Source of the DNA: Lepidodermella squamata
Lineage: Eukaryota > Animalia > Gastrotricha
Assembly (NCBI GenBank): GCA_047495785.1
Contig: JBLDXI010000013.1
Span: forward strand, 930,001-994,000
Direction of reading: 5' to 3'
DNA: 64,000 nt
Part shown: one piece after another, positions 36,201-46,757 of the stretch
Layout: each line of letters starts with the position of its first letter
Position numbering within the stretch: the stretch's first letter is position 1
Translations under genes and position numbers: made by a program
Notes under the pieces: model-generated
Told to the model about the DNA's origin: nothing
The model's database searches: none
The model's input: the letters and a program-made list of their open reading frames with translations, nothing else

Positions 36201-39200
36201 GCGCCATAGGACTGCGACGAAAAGCCTGCGTGCCCTAACTAGTTTGTTCAGTGATGTCGAACCGGCTTTGGATAATCTGGATATAACTCTTAAACCCGAG
36301 CAATGTATGAGGTTTTGTGAGAAAAATTTCGCCATTTTTAGCTTTTATATTTTTCAGCTTTCAAAATTTATGTGTCCGAGCTGTTTTCGGACAAGTATCA
36401 AACGGAAAAGCTGTTGTTGAATACGCTTCAACTCGATCCAATCGTAGTGAAATGGCTGCTAAACACGGCTGTTATCGATTTTGAGCAAATTCACTCCTTC
36501 AACTTGACGCGGCCTATGATTCAACATGTACTGTGCAACGCCAGTCGCCTTCAGAGCTACTTGTCATCATCACCCCAATCTGGTTACTATTCTCGAGACA
36601 TCTCACGTGGTGCCTGTGCGTCACCGGAAACTCTGGAGGCTGTGTTCCGTCACATAACCGATTCATTTAGCTTCACGAAACTACTCGAGAAGGTGAGTTC
36701 CAAACCCCTGATTAAAACTCTATTTCCCCCAAACGGTGATGGTACCATAATAATAGATAGAAAAGCTTCATTCACGATTGGATGTAAGTTTGAAAGCCTG
36801 GTATAGTAAACCCGTTGTCAACTTGAATTGAAAATTTAATTTTTCTATTTAATTAACGATTGATCTTAATTTTCCCGAAACAGCTTTCTTGGTACACAAA
36901 TTTGATGAATGTGGACTGGCTATCGGATGTATTACGGCATGGGGCGACGGCTGCCGAACTCGCTGATCAACTGGTGCCATTGCAGTTTTTAAGCAACGGC
37001 CTAACCCTCAAAGGCCTATTCCACGCCCTGCCGCAGCTTGAGGAATTCATAGGGCGAGGTGGGCCTCAAAAGCTGGCGGCTGAACTACGGTCGATGGCTC
37101 TAGACCTTGAGCCGATGCGGTCACTCTTCCCTGGTCTAGATACAATTTTAAATCAGATGGAGGTCGTGGCTCGAGGCGTTGAGTCTATGCGTTATTTTAC
37201 GGTACTCAAGCGACATAAAGGTATGAAAATCGATGCAGCATTGAATGGGTTGACATCATTATCTATTATTAGTTGTTTTCGCGGAAATTGTTCCTGATCA
37301 GCGTGGCTTCAGTGAGCGTTTATTTGAGGCTGGGTTCAATAAATCAGTCATCAATACCATCCTACACTCACCCATCAATGTCATTAAAGCTATCGCAATG
37401 CATCAGACTGAGTTCGAGGAGATGCTATGCGATCCTTACAGGTTGATGGGCTTGATCAATACAGCCGACTGGCCAGTCGACCCAGCCACTTTTGTTTTCG
37501 CTGTTTGCGCGCCAAGAGCTACCAAAACTACAATCGAACCCGAAGGCCATGATGAAATGAACGACGTCACTTTCCCACCGTTGCGGCGATTGAGGCCCTA
37601 CAACGACGACGCCTTCCCTTCAGCGCCAATGACGCTTCAACATGCCCCGATTTCGATGACTTTGACGAAAAATGGCGCGGCAAATGCTGGCGGAATGGCC
37701 TCGGCCGTCGCCAATAGCCACCCTCGGCATCAAGTTGACCAGATCTTTGTGAAACCCCAGCTACGTCTTCGCCGCGATGTTTCATCGCAAACATTGGATG
37801 CTATTAAGGGCAAAATTGGAGGCGTCTTACGCGACGTCGTCCAGTTCGGTATGGCGTCGTTCCTCGGCAAATACAACATCAGCCACGGCGATTTGCTCGA
37901 ACTTGGCGGTTTGCTAGCGGTGGAAAATGTTCGAGATGTCAAAGCTGGGTTCGAGCACTTCATCGGCGAATTACCGCCCAGTTTCCGCAATTGGGCAGCC
38001 GACGTCACCGAGCGAAGTCTTAGCGGCACGCAATTACTGCAGTCAGCTAGCCAGATGATTTGCGGCAGAACGCTGAGCTTTTCGATACTACCCGAACAAG
38101 ATGCTCAGGCTGTTCAGGAGAATCTACAGGCTCAACGCGAAAACCAGGCGGAACCCGATAAGCCTGACGATATTTCAGCATTGCTGTTCAACTCAAGTTT
38201 CGATTGCGAAGATTTGTACGATTTGATACGACGCCAACCCATCGGAAGTTTGATGTGGGGTGTTTTGAAACCGTTGCTATACGGCAAGATTCTCTACTAC
38301 CCAAATACAAGCGAAGCAGATTTGGTTATGTTACGAGTGCGAGCGTTGTTTAACGAAGTGCGGAGTCTGCAAGACCTATCTGCAGCCTGGGCGAAAGGGA
38401 CGACTGAATTGGGCCTGGTTTTCAACAGCACTGACAATTTGGCTTCTTTGAAAGCAGCTCTTGATAACCCGTTCATAAGCGTGGCTCTGTTGAACCGATA
38501 CGGCATGTCCGGGGCTGACTTCTTTTCAAACCTCGAAATCATTCGAACAGTGGCTGATAAGCACTTGGACACCGTATCCTTAGTCGCTGGAGCTATGTCT
38601 CGTTACACGAAATGCATAGCTGTCGATAGGTTCGAATCGTTCGGAAGTGAAGCTGAACTCGAGCAGCGGGCGAATGAGCTAAATGCTAACAAAAGCATTT
38701 TAGCCGCTGTAGTTTTCCAGAACCTGAATGGAACCCAGCGCTACCCAGACGGTCGACCGATGCCCGGCCACTCTATTGGTTCACTGTTTTTCCCGACCCA
38801 TTTACGGTATAAAATCCGAATGGATCTTGATACGGTGATGCCAACTGATAAATTGAAGGAAAAAATGTGGCAGCCGGGCAGCGATCTGTTGATTTTCGAC
38901 AGTGATACGCGTTACCTGCGAGGTTTCATGCAAATTCAAGACACTATAGACCGCGCTTTTATCTCGATCATCCAGTCAGTTTTGAAGGCGAATGCTAGCG
39001 GTGTGAATTCCAACGCAGCTTTGGCCCAAACTGCCGACTCGGCCGCTCAGCTTCGCGAATCGTTGATGGTCACCCTGCGCCAGTTCCCACACGGGTGTTT
39101 CGAGCAGGACCGATTAGCAGTTGCCAGCGCTTATTTCATGCCAGTTCTCGTTACCATGGCCTGGCTGTTCATTTTCGCGAGTATTGTGCGAAATCTTGTG

Positions 39201-42200
39201 CGAGAACGTGAGGCTGGCTTGATTGAAACTCTGCGCGTTATGGGCCTCGACAGCCGGGCTTACTTCTGCGCTTGGTTCGTCAACGTTTTTATCGGACAGC
39301 TCGCTACAGTCGCTGTATTTTTGATAACATTCAAAATCGGGAACATCTTCCGCCTGGCAGACCCGGCTCTGTTGTTCTTGTACTTCGAACTCTTCTCGTT
39401 ATCGAGCATTTCCTTTGCTTACTTAATGAGTTCGTTCTTCTCGAACACAAATTTAGCCGGGCTAGTCGGAGTTCTGGTTTTCCTGTGTTCGTTCCTACCC
39501 TACGTTTTCTCGTTCAGTCTCGATGTTAACTTCCCAGTTTGGGCTAAGCTAATATCGGGTATTTTGTCTACAACCGCCTTCAGCCACGGTTGTTTGATTG
39601 TAACCCGCTTCGAGCTGCAAGGCGTTGGCCTGAACTGGAGCAATATGAACACAAATCCTGTAAGCGGCGAGCCGTTGACCTTTGTCATGTGCCTCGTGGT
39701 CATGTTTCTAGACTCGATTGCTTATCTCGTTCTCGGTGCTTATATTCAACGGATTAGACCGGGTCGTTTCGGGCAGCCGCGACCTTGGCATTTCCCAATT
39801 ACCGACTGTTTCCGATCGAGCCGGCGCCGCCGCATGCCGCGTTTGATGAACGCCCATCAACGAAACGACAAGAATCCTGTTTTCGAAGAGCCGGAGGTAA
39901 AAGCGGATTCGGGTAACGTTACTATGGGTGCCAATAGGCGGCCAACAGTAGGCGTTGCACTCAGGAGCTTGACCAAAGAGTTTGGCGGAGGCCGTCTCGC
40001 CGTTCGAAACTTGACCATGGACATTTACGAAGGCCGAGTTACTGCTTTACTTGGCCACAACGGAGCAGGCAAAACTACGACAATTTTGATGCTGACTGGC
40101 GTGTACAGCCCAACTGTAGGAACAGCTTACGTCTACGGGCGTGACGCGGCTGCCTCGGGCGAGTCGAATGCCGCTAAACTTCAAATCGGCTTCTGCCCAC
40201 AGCAAGACGTGTTGTTCGAATTCATGACCGTTCGCGAGCATTTACGCCTGTTCGGGCATATTAAAGCTGGCTGGTCGGGTGACGAATTGAGCCGAGAGGT
40301 CGAACGCATGTTAACCGCGCTCGATCTCGTCAAACAGGCGAATGTTCGTGTTGTCCACCTATCAGGCGGTCAACGGCGCCGATTGTCAGTCGGTATTGCT
40401 TTCCTGGGCGGCTCACGTGTTGTGATCCTGGACGAGCCGACCAGTGGGGTTGATCCACACGCGAGACGGTCGATCTGGCACGTGATTTCTCGATTCCGCG
40501 AAAATCGAACCATCCTACTCTCCACTCACCACCTCGACGAGGCTGAAGTTATGAGTAACCGCATTGCGATCATGCACCAAGGCCGTCTGTTATGCTACGG
40601 TTCAGCCATGTTCTTGAAGAGCCAGCTTGGCACAGGGTATAAGCTAACGCTATCCCACACCCGGAAAAAGACTACGGCTCAACAACGCGCGCAAGAGGCT
40701 GATGTGAAAGATGCGTTCACCCTGCAGTGGATGCAAAATTTTGTTCCGGAGGCTAGGTTGTGCGAATCCTACGGTAACGAAGTTTCATTCACCCTACCCG
40801 CGACGAACTCGGCCGGAATGTCTGCGATGCTGAGCTCGCTCGATCAACAACTCCCGACTCTCGGCTTTTCGAGTTACGGCATCTCGCAGTGCACGCTGGA
40901 AGATCTTTTCCTTAAGGTCTGTGCCGCGGCTGATGCTGGCGACCCGATTGACCCGGAACACATGCGTTATGCCTCGTACAACCCTCATGATGACGATTAT
41001 CTGGAGACTAGCGATGTTGTTTCAATCGACTCGGCTGTTAACATGGCTGGCTTGAAGGCGATGGTCGCGAAGCAGTATACAAATCCAAACGGCATGCCGC
41101 TGCCTCGAATGAATGCACCTCGCCCGATTGTTTCATTCTCCAGCAATACGAAGGTGACTGGGGCGAGACTGCTAGGCTACCAGATCAGCGCATTGGTGGA
41201 AAAACGGCTTCGTCACCACTGGCGATCTTCGTCCAGCTACGTGTCTCAAATGCTGCTGCCATGTTTGTTAGTCGCCCTGGCTATGTCAGTTTCAATGATG
41301 CGGCCTAGGGTCAAACCTCAGCCAGCCCTTGAGCTCTACCCGGCGCTGTATGCTCAACCCGAGACTGATATTTTCTTCCGGCCAGCCGGTTTCGACCGGC
41401 CTGGTGATTTGAGCTCTCCACTGTCTCAAATTCACACTGCAATTTTGACTGATCCTGTTGGACTTGGGCCGGTTTGTGTTTCGAAGCGAAGACCTTCCTC
41501 AGAACTGTTGAGATCAGCTGCTGTTTCTCCATTCTTGTCCGCCGAATTTCCTCGCCTAACAACAGAGCCGTGTTCAGTCAGCGAACCTTCTATTATCAAT
41601 GTAATCGCTGCTAATCGAAGTGCAGGTCTGAAGGGAGTTTACGCCGCGGCTGGAGTTCCGTTTGAACTCGACCTTGGCGCCGATTTCGGCTGTCGCAATG
41701 GTTCTGGCGAGATCAAGTTACCCCACTGGCGGCTTAATAGTTCGGAATCTCTGTGGCTCTTGCCGCCTAGCTCCTGGAACGAACCAAGTGACGTTGATAT
41801 CGACGACTACCTACTAGCGACTGAGAGAAATTTTATCGATAAACGTTACGGTGGTTTCAGTTTGGCTAAGGGCAGGGACGGCCGAGCCCGGGCTACAGTA
41901 TGGTACAACACCAAAGCCTACCACGCCTTACCAGCTTTTTACAATGCTTTGAACAACGCGTTACTAAGAGCCGGAGTTGCATCAACAGGCGCGCCGGCTT
42001 ACAGCTCAGGCTCGTACGGTATCACAGTTTCGAGCCATCCTTTGATGCCAAAGAATGCTCAGTTATCTGGAGACACCCTGCAGGACGGTTTTACTGATAT
42101 GAGCGTCGCCATTATAATTCTGTGTGGTGTTTCATTCGTGCCGGCTAGTCTCGTGGTTTACGCGTCTCGCGAGAGGCTGACCCGCCAGAAGCACATGCAA

Positions 42201-44568
42201 CACATCTACGGCGTCGGTTATATGACCTATTGGATGGTTGCGTTTTGCTGGGACCTTTTCAGCTACCTGTTAACCGTTGCCTTAATCGCCGGGCTCATGC
42301 GTATTTTCGCTCTTGAAGTATTTGTTGTCGGGCAAAACTTACAGGCAGCTGTTATGCTGCTCGTCCTATACGGATGGGCTACTATACCTTTGATGTATTT
42401 GCTGTCTCGCTGTTTCGACGACCTGTCAATCACGTATTTAGTCATGTTTTCGATCAACATTTTTATCGGAATTATGACAACGGCATGCGTGTATTTGCTT
42501 CAATTCTTTTCGTGGGTGCCGACGGCTCAAGTCGCTCTCCAACATGCCTTCTTACCGTTTTTCCCGCAATACGCATTGGGCGCTGGTTTATTCAAATTAA
42601 CTCGAAATCATTTGATGACGGCACTTGTGAACCGTTTCGGCGTTCCTGATGACGAGGATTCGTCGCCCTACCTTTCGCCGTTTTCGTTCTCAATGCTAGC
42701 CTGGCATTACATTGCCCTGATTGCGCAGGGCGTGGTGTTTTTCGTCATCAACTTGATTCTGGACCTGAATTGGACACCTCGCTCTATCGACCCGCCGCTA
42801 CGACGTTCCCGTCGATCGCCCGCCGATCCGGCTGATGGCGAAGATGACGATGTTGTTAACGAGAAACGTCGAGTAATTGAAAGCGCTGGACCTAGCGCTG
42901 CCACATCTGCCGCGAAAATGGCGGCTGGTCGTAATTGGCTGCTTACTTTGTACCGTTTGAGCAAGGAATTCGCTTCACGCGGACGAAAAGTTCGTGCGGT
43001 TGACGAGCTCTGCTTGGCAGTCGGCCAGGGTGAGTGCTTCGGCCTTCTGGGAACGAACGGCGCTGGTAAAACAACGACGTTCCGCATGCTATCGGGCGAA
43101 ACTGTGCCAACTTATGGTTCGGCACGCTTAGCAGGCGGGCGATTCGATGTATCGAAATCGATTGGCCGTTCTATGCAGATCCGCATCGGATACTGCCCAC
43201 AATCTGACGCGGTTGACGAGTGAGTTTTTTTGTTAATTTGGAATAATATTATGGTTTATCATCATTTTTTCATTAAGGCTCCTTACTGCAGCCGAACACA
43301 TTCAAATTTACTCGCGGATTCGAGGAATTCCGTCTCGTGATACTGATTTCATAACGCTCAATTTGCTTCGCCACTTGGCACTTGAGCCGTTTGCCTCTCG
43401 AGCGGCAATCACATACAGCGGTGGGACCCGTCGCAAGCTCGCCGTAGCTTTGGCTCTACTCGATGACCCGGATGTTGTCCTATTGGTATATAATTTTGTT
43501 CGATTTTCAAGCATCATTTAAATTCGTTTTTTAAAGGATGAGCCGACCACGAGTATGGACCCCCGAACTAGGCGAATGGTTTGGTCTGCGGTTCTTGATA
43601 CCATCCGAGCCGGGCGATCTGTGGTGCTTACCTCACATTCGATGGAGGAATGTGATGCCTTGTGCACGCGCCTGGCTATCATGGTCAACGGCCGACTTCG
43701 TTGCCTGGGCAACCCGCAGCACATTAAGAACAAATACGGCGCGGGATACACGGTAATGGTGCGATGCAAGGGCGCCGATAACGTCGCCCCAACACTGGCC
43801 TACATGCGCCACAACCTGGGCAGCCAAGTGGCGCTGATCGATCGAAATGTCGAGACGTTGGAACTGCGTGTCTCGCCTCATTTCACCGATCAAACTACTT
43901 CGCGGCAACTCAATGCGCTGGCTTTGGCTGGAGGTGCGAGTTGCGTAGGACCAGCAGCTCAACACCAACCGTGCCAACTAGGGACTGTTTTTGAACTGTT
44001 AGAAAGGGCCAAGAGCCAGCTGCATATCATAATTGACTACAGCGTATCGCAAACAACCCTGGACCAGATTTTCGTCAACTTCGCACGCCACCAAACTGAT
44101 GCGGATGAAAAGCGTCAAAATGCGAGGAGCAAGTCGAAGAGCAAAAAAGATCGCCAGAATGACAAGAAGAAGTTTGATAATGGCGGAGTTTGGTCCACCG
44201 AGAGCACTGACAGCCCGTGGTCTTCAGCTGAACGAGTGCCTAGAAAGCGCTCCAAGGGAGGCAAACCTCGTCGTTCGTCGTCTCTCCATCACGTGAGTCA
44301 TAACTCAGACAGCCGTAGTACAACTTCGTCGTCGCTAGGCAGCGGTTCTCCCCACATGCCGAGCTCATCTTCACGGCTGAATACCATGAATAATCGGTAC
44401 AATGTAGACCCAATGCGTGTACCAACTTTACCACCACCTGACGTCATATCAACGTGTCCTTACGTGACGACGGCGAATAACAGGCAAACTTCACAACAAC
44501 AAGCTATCAGCAACATGCAAACGTATCAACGAAATCAGCGTCTGCATCAACATCTTCACCGCCACTGA
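30252..44568 (+). CDS. Giant ABCA-subfamily full transporter (ABCA12/ABCA13-like size), ~4,604 aa. Exons: 30252-30408, 30459-31630, 31678-36304, 36358-36692, 36884-37220, 37273-43219, 43278-43485, 43537-44568.
   Basis: ABCA N-terminus LLWKNLLQRWRQP...EILWP...C.Y....LPSSG.MPFLQSFIC. NBD1: GHNGAGKTT, LSGGQRRRL, ILDEPTSGVD. NBD2: GTNGAGKTT, YSGGTRRKL, LLDEPTTSMD, TSHSMEEC. C-terminal YSVSQTTLDQIFVNFA. Exon lengths sum to 13,815 nt in frame. Confidence 0.93.
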
Positions 44569-44779
44569 AAATAATGCTCAAAATAACTTGTTTTCGGTTT
44601 TATATTGTGTATTTATATGAGACGGCTCAAAATTTATTGTGACTTCGGTAGAGTTTTTAGACTGAACATACTGCTTCCAAACAGAGTGCAAACCTGTTGA
44701 AATAGTGTTAGCTCTGTTGTGAATACCTTTTTTTTATACAAAAAAACACGCAATCAAAATAAAATTTATCAATTTATTA

Positions 44780-45841
44780 TCATTGGCTTTTTTCGTTGTA
44801 AATATCCCACAGTGAAACAGTTTTATCGCGGCAGCTAGCCGCCAAAATGGAAGTGCCAGGTTTAGTCAAAATAAAGTCGAGGGCAGAAATCGACCGAGAT
44901 CCAAAACCTGAAGGTTGCCGGTGCAGTTCAAGCGATCCCAAAATGGAAAGACTTTTCGGTGATATCAGGGCAATAGTGCCATTACTAAACCCAACAGCGC
45001 ACAGTTTCCGATCTGATCGCAATCGAACAGCAGTGACGCCCGTAGAAGGAGTCCGTGCCATTGATGTTTTAAAACTGGTCATATCGTCGTTCAAAACAAG
45101 CTTGAAAATCGCATTCGTTGTAGAGCCGACAATTAGAAATGCCGGGCGATTGCGTAATTTATCCGGCCCAAGCCCATCCGCGTTTGTTGGGCAAGCTTCC
45201 ACGTCATCCTGCTCTGCATTTTCGAATAATGATGTCAAAGAGAAACTGTCCAAATACCGGCAGCTTGAACCGTGGTCAATAGACCACAGTAAAACGCAAG
45301 AATTCTCGAAACCGCAAACTAAACGCGTTGATTTTGATTCTGAATCCGAGATAAATTTAACAAACATTGGAGCGCCTAGTTTGCCAAGAGATTCGGGAGG
45401 AATTAGTTTTAAATCCTGCTTCATTGTTGGACCTTCCACAGCTAGTGTTGAAACGGCAATTGAGCTGTCTTCACCAGGCCGGGCTATCATTTCGTTGAGC
45501 TCATCGAATTGGCAAAACGAGGGCGAAATGGCATCGGGTGGGACAGAAATATTAGAAACCAGTTGAAATTGATTGTTGAAAATCGCCAATTCGTGGACTT
45601 TCGATTCGGCGACAATTAGACGTTGAGATCCAGAGGTGACTCGCAAGGTGAGAACAGGTGCTTCTACCGAAAAAACTGCCCGGTTGGATTTGAAAACTGG
45701 CCTGTATGTCACCAGGTCCCAAAACTCAATTGAGCCATTGGACAAGCCAACTGCGACATAGGCCTTGCCGTCCACATTAAACCCGCATAGTGCACTCGGT
45801 TCACTTGAAAACCCTCGCAAGATGAACTCAGGTAAAATCAT
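44780..45841 (-). CDS. GNB1L: GNB1L/ASA1-like WD40 repeat protein (TTT-complex associated), single exon, ~353 aa
   Basis: N-terminal PEFILRG, central GAPMFVK...VCGFENSCVLLW, GVTAVRLRSDRKLCAVGFSNG and C-terminal LAASCRDKTVSLWDIY match the GNB1L/Asa1 pattern as I recall it. Confidence 0.75.
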   Translation of the reverse strand: MILPEFILRGFSSEPSALCGFNVDGKAYVAVGLSNGSIEFWDLVTYRPVFKSNRAVFSVEAPVLTLRVTSGSQRLIVAESKVHELAIFNNQFQLVSNISVPPDAISPSFCQFDELNEMIARPGEDSSIAVSTLAVEGPTMKQDLKLIPPESLGKLGAPMFVKFISDSESKSTRLVCGFENSCVLLWSIDHGSSCRYLDSFSLTSLFENAEQDDVEACPTNADGLGPDKLRNRPAFLIVGSTTNAIFKLVLNDDMTSFKTSMARTPSTGVTAVRLRSDRKLCAVGFSNGTIALISPKSLSILGSLELHRQPSGFGSRSISALDFILTKPGTSILAASCRDKTVSLWDIYNEKSQ

Positions 45842-46757
45842 TGAATCTAGGCGTGACAAAAAACAGTTTCATCGAAGTATGCTCCTCTTTATTACTATAA
45901 TTTATATTTATATATAATGTAATTATCGCATGGTTTTAACATGGATAGTCAGATTTTGGCCCGAATCGAGCTCTTTTTTCTCGGTCCCGATAAATTAAGT
46001 AATAAATGCCACGATTATTTTGAACAAATTATTATTATCATCAACAGCAAACCGTCCCAACAAAAGTTGACAGCCAGCAGAAAGCCAAAGTGATGCGATA
46101 ACTCATATTCATTTGCAGTAGATTTTACACAATAACACAGACTCTCTCGATCTCTCGATTAATTAATTAATACTATTTCGAAATGGATATAGTCATTTTC
46201 CAGGACCTTGGCGACTTTCTACCACAACAACAGTCGTTTGGAGCCGCACTTAACACCTCATTTACAGTACAACATAAAAAAGTAAATTCTACTCGAATTT
46301 CGAAATAATTACATACTGGAATATATACGTTACAGAGGACGAGCCCGAGTCACTAGCAACCGCAACAAGGGCAAGGTTGTGTACAAAAACGACGCAACAA
46401 CGGGCGATCGGTGGCAGTTGAATGAGCGAGTCTTAACCTTATATCGGAATGCCAAGAACGTGTCACCGCAAAATCGCAACAGAAAAATTTCACTTATTCC
46501 CTTAAATATTTGCATGCAAGTTCAATCAAGTACATATAAGACATCGAAATAAAGAAAGCACCGCTCACGTTTTAGTGATAACCAAGAAGTAGTTGCAAAT
46601 TAACGCAATGGGAGCCCAATTTTTCACCAAAAAATGAGACCGCTGCAAAAATACGCGTGAAGTAGAGTAAGGAAAACACGGGTTTGCACTTAGATCATTA
46701 TCATCACCATATTATAATAAATCAAATCAGTGTTTCGTTTGATTATAGTTGTTGCGA

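Noticed and set aside
30252-43223. Treating the separate ORFs (62, 401, 1576, 144, 145, 1941 aa) as independent genes or a frameshifted pseudogene
   Set aside because: Short GT-AG introns with matching phase join them into one uninterrupted ABCA frame.
43537-43560. NBD2 D-loop DEPTTSMD (Ser for the usual Gly) as a sign of a dead ATPase site
   Set aside because: Walker A, the catalytic Glu, the signature and the H-loop are intact. One substitution is not enough to claim inactivation.
44847-45566. 239-aa plus-strand ORF antisense to GNB1L, and the many other antisense or alternate-frame ORFs over zfh2, ABCA, ATP2C1 and NHE
   Set aside because: They are shadows of real coding exons in stop-poor sequence and show no recognisable motifs.
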